DNA from: Stramenopiles sp. TOSAG23-3
Lineage: Eukaryota
DNA: 37,657 bases
Assembly: GCA_900128585.1 (NCBI GenBank)
Contig: LT642192.1
Location: 1 to 37,657 of the forward strand
Direction of reading: 5' to 3'
Part shown: in pieces, positions 20,149-29,767 of the stretch
Numbering within the stretch: the first letter of the stretch is position 1
Layout of the letters: each line of letters opens with the position of its first letter
The notes under the pieces: model-generated
Databases searched by the model: none
Told to the model about the DNA's origin: nothing
What the model saw: the letters and a program-made list of their open reading frames with translations, nothing else
Program-made: the position numbers and the translations under genes

Positions 20149-21486
20149 ATGCTGTTTATTACCAGGGCAGTTCTTTTACACCCTCGGCGTTTTTTTGTGC
20201 GCGCGCTATCGTCCAAAGTGGGTGGTGCAAGCTGTTCGAGCGGTCAGAGTAAAGCTGATTTTTTGAAAACTGTAGAAGATATACAGCAAAATAATAGGGA
20301 CCCCGCATTTGCCCCAACTGTCAAAGCACGTGGTAACGGCAGTAGCTCATCTTTTGTCGTAGGCAAAAACGTTTACGACGAAAGCCCGGCGTCCACGTTC
20401 CAGACCCAGGAAACGTTTCGCAAAGAGAGGCGGGGGGCGCCGCCTCGCCAAAAACGGTTCGGTGAAAAGCGGTACAAACAGAAACACTTGACAAAAAAAA
20501 AAAAGGCCTTGGACTTGAAAGGGGAGCAACTTTTCGGAATCAACTCGGTTCAAATGGCCCTCAAGTACAACTCTTCTAGGTCTCAGTTTTACGGCCTATA
20601 CCTTCAGGACAAAGACTCAAAAACGAAAGCATCGCCAAAGGAAGAGAAACGCAACGCTAGACTAATGGAAATCAGAGCTATGGCGCAACAGCTAGGGGTG
20701 CCAGTGAATGACGCTTCCAAGATGGTGCTTAACGAGGTTGTTGAGAACAGAAATCACCAAGGCGTGCTTTTAGACTGTTCCCCGTTGAGTATTAAACCAT
20801 GCTACCCCCGCACCTTGTCCGAAATAGTAGAAAAATACGAAAATTCCGACCGGCAGAAAAAACCATTGATTTTGGTCTTCGACGAGGTCCAAGACCCATT
20901 TAATGTCGGCAGTGCGCTGCGGAGTGCACTGTTCTTTGATTGCGATTACATTGTATTGTGTGAAAAGAATAGCTGTCCTTTAAACCCCAGTGTTGGCAAG
21001 TCGAGTGCCGGGACCCTTGAATTTTGGGCCGATTCTGGAAGGCTTCTTAGCATGCCACGGACTTCGAACACCCCAAAATTCTTGCGGGAGGGGAGACAAG
21101 CTGGCTTTCGTGTGTTTGGGACTGCATTGGAACCTGACCATAACGACAAAAAATACTACACGGCAATAGAGGACGGCGCTGGGGACGGCAATGATGCCGC
21201 AGAACACTTGGTAGAACTTACAGGCAATGGATCCACCGGGCTACAAGAACCTACGATCGTTGTATTTGGGAACGAAGGATCTGGTCTGAGAACGAACGTG
21301 AAAAAAGAATGCGACTTTTTGATGCACATTCCGGGACAAAATTCCGACGCTATCGATTCGTTGAACATTGGTGTCAGCGTTGGGGTGTTGTTGAGCACGC
21401 TGTCCGTACATCGTGGCGGCCTTCAAAGGGTCGGGCTCTTGTGTCGTAAAATTGACCGTACCGATGGTGAGCGAGAGAGTTCTTAA
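20149..21486 (+). CDS. MRM1: Mitochondrial rRNA 2'-O-methyltransferase (SpoU/TrmH family, MRM1/RlmB-like)
   Basis: Presequence-like MLFITRAVLLHPRRFF from the ATG at 20149; LFGINSV, NHQGVLL, DEVQDPFNVGSALRSA, VFGNEGSGLR, DSLNIGVS. Confidence 0.88.
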   Translation: MLFITRAVLLHPRRFFVRALSSKVGGASCSSGQSKADFLKTVEDIQQNNRDPAFAPTVKARGNGSSSSFVVGKNVYDESPASTFQTQETFRKERRGAPPRQKRFGEKRYKQKHLTKKKKALDLKGEQLFGINSVQMALKYNSSRSQFYGLYLQDKDSKTKASPKEEKRNARLMEIRAMAQQLGVPVNDASKMVLNEVVENRNHQGVLLDCSPLSIKPCYPRTLSEIVEKYENSDRQKKPLILVFDEVQDPFNVGSALRSALFFDCDYIVLCEKNSCPLNPSVGKSSAGTLEFWADSGRLLSMPRTSNTPKFLREGRQAGFRVFGTALEPDHNDKKYYTAIEDGAGDGNDAAEHLVELTGNGSTGLQEPTIVVFGNEGSGLRTNVKKECDFLMHIPGQNSDAIDSLNIGVSVGVLLSTLSVHRGGLQRVGLLCRKIDRTDGERESS

Positions 21487-22456
21487 ATTTTTGTGTGCGT
21501 AAAAACATTTTAGAAATAACAGAAAAACTCGACGACTGTGGTCAATTTACAAGAAACATTTTCTTTTTTCGGAAAAAGGTTATTTGACAGCATTGCTAAT
21601 CCAGCTACCGATTCGGATTGTGCATGGAGTCCATCTATTGATCAGTAAATCCTTTTTCCTCATTGTTCCAATGTATTTAAAAAGCATGATGTATGATTTT
21701 AAAGGCATCTATTTTTACTTCATAAAATCGTAACTCCCATCATCATCAATACCAGAATTTCTAGCTATGAGAGAAGAAGCTATGAGAGAAGATTGTACTT
21801 TTCACAATCGGTGAAATGTTGGTTTTACGATAGGTTAACTCTAATATTAACCCTTAATAATTTTATAGACTTTACTTACTAAACCTTAATTCATTAAAAT
21901 GTAGACAACAGACAGACGACTATTACTCGTACTTATAGAAAACAAAATAATAAAACTCAAAACCACTAAAAAGGTGGCTATAATATTTTACCGGTAGTCA
22001 TCTACAGAACAATTGATGTATTAATATGTTTAGTAGACGACTATGTAGTCAGTAGGAATTCTTTTTAAGAGAAACAAATTTTGGATCTTTCATTTTTCTC
22101 AATGCTGTGTTATCTCTACCTATACTAAATCTAAAGTGTTGTTTTACTATCATCATCATATTAATATATATTAATATAAAATTATATAAGACAAAAGCAT
22201 ACACACCAACGAACTCCTCATATTAATATATTATAGGTACCAAATATATATTATATCGTATAGATAATTTTGTATTTTACATATTGCTGAAAGAATGTGT
22301 TTGGTGTAACAAACTTTAAGAAAAGATAATTCACAGAGGGCAAACCATTCCCCACTCCAGGAATTTTAGGTCTTATAAAAGAAAAGAAGACGAGCAACAC
22401 TTTTGCTAACGTCAAAATCGTGCACGAAGAGAGTTTTGGAACCATCACTTTGCAAA

Positions 22457-25030
22457 ATGGGCAATGAAGCTTCCATGTTTGACTGCGTGGACACAGAAAA
22501 TGCAAGTGCAGTTAATCGGCAAAAGCGTCGGTACCGTGGCACTGTGAACCTTCCGCAAGAACTGGGGAAATTTGTAACAGATCGCGAAAGCACACATGAG
22601 CGTTGCAACATACTTGATTTTACTCCAAATGCACGGGAAATTATTCTGCGCAGCGCCGACGGTGAAAACATGCCTGAAGACATAAAGATCGTAATCAATG
22701 ATCTCTTCTTAACAACATTCCCTTTTTCCATGCTGGATGCAGATTCCAGGGAACAGATTCTTTCAACAATGACAAAACAGGACGCGGTCAAAGGCGAAGA
22801 AATTGTAGGCCAAGGGCAACTGCACAAATTCTGCTACATAGTTGTCGATGGAACCTTTGAAGAAGTTAAAGGTGGGACAACGCGACATTTCTGCAGGCCA
22901 CAAGATGTTCAGCCAGGCAAAGGGTCGTCTTGTTTTGGCCAGATGAACTTGATTCACCGTGTTTTACGTTCCAAATCGGTCATCACATGCACGAGCGACG
23001 ATGGGGGTAAACTCTGGAAGTTGAAAAATGACATCTACGTGCAGATATTGTCACAGGTGGCCAAAGTGGCGGGGGCCAAAAGAAAGAAAATTATGTCGAA
23101 GGTTGACTTTTTCAAAAAATGTAATCTGACGGACGAACAGGTTGCTCACCTGTCTGTGGCAGTGGATCGGGTCAAGTATGGGCAAGGGAAAGCGATAATA
23201 AAGAAAGGAGATCCAGGAAGCGAATTTTATTGCGTGATAAAAGGCCGCGCGGAAGCAACGGAAGCCGGGGATACAAACGGTACGCACACGTACGGGCCAG
23301 GAGATTGCTTCGGGGAGCAAGCGTTGATGAACGACGATGGTCTTCGTCAAGCGAACGTGACGGCAAAAACTAAATGCGAATTGTTCGTCCTTCACCGAGA
23401 CGATTTTGCAAATTTGCTCGGCCCGTACAAAAGCGTAATGAAAGAGCATCACCTAAGGACGGTGTTGATCCAAATGCTAAGAAAGCTGGATACTCCAGAA
23501 ATTAAAAAAGTTAAAAACATGGGTGACCAGCAACTTCGGAGATTGTGCCAACGCTTTGAGTTAAAAACGTATCGGCACCACGATATTATCGTCTCTCTAG
23601 AGGACAATAAGAACGTGTCTGACGATTTTTATGTCGTGTACAAAGGCTCCGCTCTGATGAAGTATGGCGATGAATTGATTGAAACAAAGTCAGTCGGGAA
23701 TTGTTTTGGAAATGCGGCCCTAATGATTGATAAGATACCGAACAAGGAGCACGAGTATGTTGCACAAGAAGGTGATGAAGGTATGCTTTGCTTTCACATA
23801 ACCCAGAAATCCTTTGTTGATCTTTTGCAAGAGATTTCAACAGATGAAGAATCCTTCTTGAACAGCTTTGGAAATTTAAATGCAATCGAACGGGAGCAGG
23901 AACGCTTGAAAGATGATAACGGGGGGTCACAAGAGTCCTTCTTGCCATGGTGCGCGGGCGGAAGAACTGACGATGACGACGACGACGCATCGCTAGGGCG
24001 CACGTCTGGTGACGCTATCATGCGAGAAACGCACGATGGGGATTCGTTTGAGAGAAATTTTGATCTTCAAAAACAAATAGGACGCGGCATGCTTGGACAG
24101 GTATTTTTAGTCCAGCACAAACGAAGTAAAGAACATTTTGCGATGAAGACCATGTCCAAATGTTTGGTTGCTGAAACCCACCAACAAGCTTGTGTTAACC
24201 TTGAGCTGCGCTTTCTGAAAAGTATCAATCACCCGTTTATCTTACAAACGAGGGCTTACTTTCAAGACAACTATTGCTTGTTCTTAATATTGGACCTTCT
24301 TCCGGGTGGAGAACTCTTTCGCTTGGGCGAAAAGCGTTTTCCGTCGTTGCCTTTGGACCAAGTGCGCTTCTACATAGCCTCTATTGTTGATGCATTAGGC
24401 CATATGCACGACAATAACATTATTTACCGAGATCTGAAGCCAGAAAATGTTCTTGTTGATCAGGCCGGTTGGGTCAAGTTAGTGGATTTTGGGTTTGCAA
24501 AAATTTTGAAACCTGGACAAAGAACGTATACTTTTCTCGGTACACCTGACTACATGGCTCCAGAAATTATCCGTAGAATGGGCTACGGTCACCCGGCTGA
24601 CTTTTGGGCTGCTGGAGTCTTCCTCTATGAAAAAATAAATGGGTACTCTATGTTCTCTGATAAAGGCAAGGATAAAGACCAAATTAGTCTATTCAAAAAA
24701 ATTGTAACTTGGAAGTTACCAAAGAAACAGCGGCTGGTTGAGCACCTCAAAGATGAGTATGCCGACGCAGCAGATTTAATTTTACAGTTAACAAAAGTGC
24801 GCGAGGCCGAACGGCTGGGTTCTGGGCGTGGCGCACAGGCGATAAAGCAGCATCCCTTCTTCAAAGACGTCGACTTCGTTGCGTTACGGCTCAGAAAGTA
24901 TCAACCTGAGAGTGCAATTTGGGTTCCTGATTTCGATAAAAAGGACCCGACGAAACATTTTCGCAAAAAGCTGCGATACACACCTCCAAAAGAGTACACC
25001 GGGGACGAAACATGGTGTGCGCATTGGTAA
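22457..25030 (+). CDS. cGMP-dependent (PKG-like) AGC protein kinase with three cNMP-binding domains
   Basis: MGNEAS N-terminus at ATG 22457; cNMP domains (FGQMNL, FGEQAL..RQANV, FGNAAL); kinase IGRGMLG, FAMK, YRDLKPEN, DFGFAK, TYTFLGTPDYMAPE. Confidence 0.9.
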   Translation: MGNEASMFDCVDTENASAVNRQKRRYRGTVNLPQELGKFVTDRESTHERCNILDFTPNAREIILRSADGENMPEDIKIVINDLFLTTFPFSMLDADSREQILSTMTKQDAVKGEEIVGQGQLHKFCYIVVDGTFEEVKGGTTRHFCRPQDVQPGKGSSCFGQMNLIHRVLRSKSVITCTSDDGGKLWKLKNDIYVQILSQVAKVAGAKRKKIMSKVDFFKKCNLTDEQVAHLSVAVDRVKYGQGKAIIKKGDPGSEFYCVIKGRAEATEAGDTNGTHTYGPGDCFGEQALMNDDGLRQANVTAKTKCELFVLHRDDFANLLGPYKSVMKEHHLRTVLIQMLRKLDTPEIKKVKNMGDQQLRRLCQRFELKTYRHHDIIVSLEDNKNVSDDFYVVYKGSALMKYGDELIETKSVGNCFGNAALMIDKIPNKEHEYVAQEGDEGMLCFHITQKSFVDLLQEISTDEESFLNSFGNLNAIEREQERLKDDNGGSQESFLPWCAGGRTDDDDDDASLGRTSGDAIMRETHDGDSFERNFDLQKQIGRGMLGQVFLVQHKRSKEHFAMKTMSKCLVAETHQQACVNLELRFLKSINHPFILQTRAYFQDNYCLFLILDLLPGGELFRLGEKRFPSLPLDQVRFYIASIVDALGHMHDNNIIYRDLKPENVLVDQAGWVKLVDFGFAKILKPGQRTYTFLGTPDYMAPEIIRRMGYGHPADFWAAGVFLYEKINGYSMFSDKGKDKDQISLFKKIVTWKLPKKQRLVEHLKDEYADAADLILQLTKVREAERLGSGRGAQAIKQHPFFKDVDFVALRLRKYQPESAIWVPDFDKKDPTKHFRKKLRYTPPKEYTGDETWCAHW

Positions 25031-25094
25031 GCACGAGAAAATGCAGGGAGAACAGAAAATAAATTTATATTTCCTTTTCATTCTTAATTCGTAA

Positions 25095-25345
25095 AAGTTT
25101 AAACAAGAAAATTGGCTGTTATTTTTAAGTAAATTAACACGAAAAAATTAAGTTTACTTGTGAGACCATCGGGTAAACGTATCATGCATTTTGGTTTATA
25201 TTATATTCTTTTTATAAACTTATTTAGGGTATATTTTGATTACTAAAAATCACAACAGTATGAATATTAGAGATCAGTTCGCAGTACATTGATTTTGATT
25301 ATAGGTACCTAAATAACAGCCAATCTTCCTCTTGTTTTTAAACTT
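25095..25345. repeat. Inverted-repeat element (imperfect ~30-bp arms, perfect 14-bp core) in convergent intergenic region
   Basis: ATTGGCTGTTATTT at 25111-25124 and its reverse complement AAATAACAGCCAAT at 25311-25324; outer AAGTTTAAA(AA)CAAG also mirrored. Confidence 0.75.
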
Positions 25346-25388
25346 ATCATTAAGGTTCTCGTAAAATATATTTTTGAGACCGTTTGAT

Positions 25389-28300
25389 TCATTTTTGTAA
25401 TCCACTTCGTTCATTTTCGCCGGATTCCGACTGCCTGGCGATTATCGCCTTCATCCAAACCGTCTCGACTGTTGTTTTCAGTTCGTTGCGCTTTTTCTTG
25501 GCAAGTTTCGACAAAGGGCTTTTTTCTAATGTAATCAGACTCAAAAAATGCCGTCGGGCCAGTATGCTGTCCGAAAAGAACTCGCCGCCTTTCGCCAACC
25601 CAGACTCCATCCATGAAACGAAATCGGGAGCGCTATCGAAATAGTAAGCCTTTATAAACGATCCTAAAATATGACGCCGATTGGACCCGGACGTGTCTTG
25701 GGAAATTTGCTCTAGTCCACGGTAGAGTGTTGCCAAATCAAGCGCCATTTGAGCCCGGCCATTGCCGTTGCATTTTTTAACCCTTGACAATGCTTCCAAC
25801 AAATGTTCCATCAATACGTCAACAACACTAAGCCAAACACTCTTGTGTAAATGTGCTGGCACCAGTGACTGAATTTGTCCTGAAGCCATACCAACCTTTT
25901 CTAAGAGCTTGGTCACGTACGGGTAATACGTCTCCGGCAGCTCTTTCTTGTCCCACTTTAATCCCTCTACCATGGAAAGGACTGTTTCTCGCGGAAGCAC
26001 CCTTCTAGCCGCTACATCATACATCAGTACCCGCAGTTCCTCTATGGCAAGGCGGTTATTGGCATATAATTCATCGCATTTACTCCGATATTCCTGTCCG
26101 AGACATTTCACGAATCGCGGTCGCAAAAACTCCAACACTTCCATTAAAAAGAATAATGATTCTGAGGCAGAGCAACACTTCTCCAGCCCAAACAAACTAT
26201 TTTCATTGCCTTCGATTTCATTGTTCAGCGAAGCGGACCTTTCTACCCGTCTAGAAGACGATGATGAAATCTTTCCAGAATCATTTTTTGTATCCGATGC
26301 ATCCCGCAGTTGCGTTGATATCTTCTTGGTGGTCTCCCTGAGGTTGCCAAAGCGCCAAGCTACACCATTCATGTCATCGTTTGGTAAATTTGATTTCATC
26401 ATTTCTACCAAAATATTCGATGGCAAGAAAAGATTGATGACGGCATGCATGTAATAATTTAAACTTAGAAAGGCGGAAGTAAATGCCCGATACGCAAGAG
26501 TGGGAAGTTTCTCCATAACTTGCATGCATGCACCTGTAAATTTTGCAAATCCGTTAACAGACGTAGATGTTAACACCCGTTCATCATTCGACAGCGGCTC
26601 ATATTTGTATTCATTGTTTTCGTCTACTGCCGTTTTGCCATTTTCTCCGTTGGGGATTGCACTGACAACGTCTTCGCCCGCGTCCTTTGGCGCCACGCTC
26701 AATATCGGACTTCCGTTTTCTAGAAACAGCTCAAATGCATTCTGTTTGCTGGGGACAATCTGCTCTCTGCGCAATGATCCCTTGTTTGAGCTATGCCGCA
26801 ACACCAAGGCGTTCATTCCGCCAAGGTCTTCCAGTGATATATGCAGGCGTTCCCAGTTCTCCCGTGCGAGAAAATTGTCTAGAGTGCTAAAAATATCTTT
26901 CTCCATTGCTGTCATATAGCGGTCTAGGAATTCTTTTCTGCATGCCGCCAGTGTGTTCTTGCTTTCATCGCCCACTCTGTTTGTCGCGTCAAGAAAGTCC
27001 TTCCCGATTTCTTCGATCTTTTGCAGCAATAAATAGACATCGACAACATGCTCTAACTTAAACGATGGGCAAACGATAGGCACCGAAGACACAAAGAACG
27101 CTATTCGTTCTTGCATAGCGTCCCAAATGACATGTCTGGAAATTGCCAATCCCCGGGCGACTAAATGGCAATGGCTTGTCGAGGGTGGCTTCCTGGTGTC
27201 GCCTTCGTCTGTTCCGTTGCGGTCCACGCCTTTTGGTACAGGGCTGTTTTTTCCGCTTGCATTTTCCCACCCAATTTCATCTTGGGTGCGATTTGGGCGG
27301 TGCAGATATTTTGCGTCGGCATTCAGAGCAGAGTAGGCGTCGCGGTGCCACTGCGTACACAAGAAATGTGAATGCAAATATTCGGTCAACTCCAGCAAGC
27401 TTTTCCTCAAACTGTCGACAAATTTTGAAGGGGTTAGCTTTTCACACGCAGCAATATATTCGAGTTCATTCTCACTGTTATCATTCTGATGGCTTCCACC
27501 CAAGTTTGCAGCGAACGACAGCCGTCTTTCCACGGGCCCAGATAGAGTTGGGTCGACCGATCTGCGCAAGGTGGTTTCAGTAGCATTCAAAAAAATCCTT
27601 TGAATCCTCTCCGCCATCCCCGCGATCCCCTTGTTCGACTCTACTGGGCCTTTCAAACGGTACTTTGAAACAAACGCGTAGTTTTCTTGCACGGCGTCCA
27701 AGCTCAATTCATCTTCTATTCCCTTCGAATCGGTGATAGCTTTCGAGTGCAAGTCTGAAATGTGGTACGACCACAAAATATCTCCGTATTTATCCCCGTT
27801 AAACTTCAAAACTACGCTTTCTAACTCTTTGTCAACCTGCCGCCGCAACCACTTTCGAGTGTGATACTGCCTCTGCCGCATCTCATCCAACAATGAAAAC
27901 TGTACTGCCCCCTTCCCCAACAGTATTTCTGTTGAGGATTTAAGTGTTGATTCTGCTCGCACAAACTCAAGTTTTTCTACCGCCTCCGAAACCTCATTCC
28001 CAATGTTCGACAAGCCCTTGATAAGGCGCACTGCAGCACGAAGTTGGCTCATCCGATGCTTTTTCCTCCTTTCTCGGGCCAACTTCAAGCCTGCCTGGAC
28101 AACTGTGTCTTTTGCGAATTTCAACTTGGTACGTGCGGCCTTCACTGATATACTAGCACGTGTAACGTCCATATCAATTTCGTTGACGTGCTGCATACTT
28201 TTGATAATTTTATCATAGTTCAGCGTTATCTCCCCCATCAATCTTCGGCTTATAATATCCTTCGTCCTGTCATTTTGGCTAATCTGTTCCATCAGGTACA

Positions 28301-28916
28301 TATCCGTTTTCTCCCTGGCGCTGTCACTACAGAGTTTACCTACTGGGGAATGAGCTTTCTGCTCCTGCAAACCAGACGAAGACCCAGAGGCGGCGGCACT
28401 GTTATTCAAAAATGGGTTGCCTTTGGCGATAGCATTAACCGGGTCAGCGGCATCTGTGCCAACGGAAAAAGGGTCCACCGATTCGCTCGCCCCTTGGCCG
28501 TTGGTGGGCGAAAACGGGTTTCCTTCCGTGGTGGGGTGTTTCTGGCCTCCTGACCCGTTCGGGTCCAGAATAGACGACCTTGGTATTGCTACCGTCATTT
28601 CATCTAGTGTGTACCCTTTTGCATCGAACGAGACGTCAAAAAAGGACGGCTCTAAATCGTCCATAACTTGGCGGTCGCTTCGTATGGTAGTGCCGCGGCC
28701 GGTCTTCACTGCCATATCTGCCAAGACTCTCGAGCCCGAACGGGAGCGTTCTCTCTCTCTCCCAAACAGCCTATTTTTCGAATTCATCTCCTCAATTTTC
28801 TCCATATCTACTTGCAATGGCGCCATTAAATCCTTCGGAGCCCTGTGTTCAGCTTTCTCCTTCAGGTCCGCTTTAAGCGTTTGAAACTTGTCGCGAAACT
28901 TTCCGAACATCGACAT
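25389..28916 (-). CDS. VPS50: Syndetin / VPS50 (EARP tethering complex subunit)
   Basis: Vps54_N-like coiled coil (ISRRLMGEITLNYDKIIKSMQHVNEI), FLARENWE, C-terminal LLEALSRVKKCNGNGRAQMALD..FIKAYY. Confidence 0.85.
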   Translation of the reverse strand: MSMFGKFRDKFQTLKADLKEKAEHRAPKDLMAPLQVDMEKIEEMNSKNRLFGRERERSRSGSRVLADMAVKTGRGTTIRSDRQVMDDLEPSFFDVSFDAKGYTLDEMTVAIPRSSILDPNGSGGQKHPTTEGNPFSPTNGQGASESVDPFSVGTDAADPVNAIAKGNPFLNNSAAASGSSSGLQEQKAHSPVGKLCSDSAREKTDMYLMEQISQNDRTKDIISRRLMGEITLNYDKIIKSMQHVNEIDMDVTRASISVKAARTKLKFAKDTVVQAGLKLARERRKKHRMSQLRAAVRLIKGLSNIGNEVSEAVEKLEFVRAESTLKSSTEILLGKGAVQFSLLDEMRQRQYHTRKWLRRQVDKELESVVLKFNGDKYGDILWSYHISDLHSKAITDSKGIEDELSLDAVQENYAFVSKYRLKGPVESNKGIAGMAERIQRIFLNATETTLRRSVDPTLSGPVERRLSFAANLGGSHQNDNSENELEYIAACEKLTPSKFVDSLRKSLLELTEYLHSHFLCTQWHRDAYSALNADAKYLHRPNRTQDEIGWENASGKNSPVPKGVDRNGTDEGDTRKPPSTSHCHLVARGLAISRHVIWDAMQERIAFFVSSVPIVCPSFKLEHVVDVYLLLQKIEEIGKDFLDATNRVGDESKNTLAACRKEFLDRYMTAMEKDIFSTLDNFLARENWERLHISLEDLGGMNALVLRHSSNKGSLRREQIVPSKQNAFELFLENGSPILSVAPKDAGEDVVSAIPNGENGKTAVDENNEYKYEPLSNDERVLTSTSVNGFAKFTGACMQVMEKLPTLAYRAFTSAFLSLNYYMHAVINLFLPSNILVEMMKSNLPNDDMNGVAWRFGNLRETTKKISTQLRDASDTKNDSGKISSSSSRRVERSASLNNEIEGNENSLFGLEKCCSASESLFFLMEVLEFLRPRFVKCLGQEYRSKCDELYANNRLAIEELRVLMYDVAARRVLPRETVLSMVEGLKWDKKELPETYYPYVTKLLEKVGMASGQIQSLVPAHLHKSVWLSVVDVLMEHLLEALSRVKKCNGNGRAQMALDLATLYRGLEQISQDTSGSNRRHILGSFIKAYYFDSAPDFVSWMESGLAKGGEFFSDSILARRHFLSLITLEKSPLSKLAKKKRNELKTTVETVWMKAIIARQSESGENERSGLQK

Positions 28917-29767
28917 TTTTCTCTCGCCTCACTTGTCCTAACGGTGCTTGCTCCCCCTTCGCAAGTTAAGTACGGTGCGGCCCTTGGTTTAATCTCTCGC
29001 TTTAATGCCGTATTAGATTTTAAGCTTGTCTTCAAACGCGTGGGGGTATTATTGGAATAAAGAGTTCAAAAATTGATTTATAAATTATATTTACGTTTGC
29101 AACTCTCACTTCAGCCGATGATCTAAATAGTGTTTGAGCGAGAGAAAGACAATTTTATCTTGTCAAATTATTTTAGTCTATGAATAGGCAGGGCGGGGGG
29201 AGGATAGATAGAGGATAAATTCTACTACGGTACCGTTCTGTACAGGAAGAAGGGAAGAAGGGAAGAAGGGAACCCGGAGTAAGTATTCATTATCTTTTTT
29301 TATCGTGTCTATTTTAGATCATCATTTTTTATTGAGGAGCGAGATAGGACGGAGAAGTACAATAAAAATATATTTTATAGTTATTACACATGATTACATT
29401 ACAAAAATATCCTATTATTACATAATACTATTGTATGATAAGGCTTCTTCGTCAGATTGCATCATTGCATCCCATCATCCGTAGATCCCGTCGTCGTCTT
29501 TCATCTTTTTTTTTTCTTTGGCTCATTACCACGACGATTTAATTATATTATTAATAACAAAAAAACGATGCAACGCTCTCTATTTTAAAAAAACTTCACT
29601 ATTTTTTACTATTACTACTACTAGCTATACTGGATGATGTTAAACAAGCTATTACGTCAACACCAGCTGAGGTTTTTTTTATAGAACTGCACGGCTGGCG
29701 TCAAACGGTTTCACGCCGCACAGCGCTCTTTTAATTGCATGGTTACGGTTGCTGTTTTTGCCAAGGG

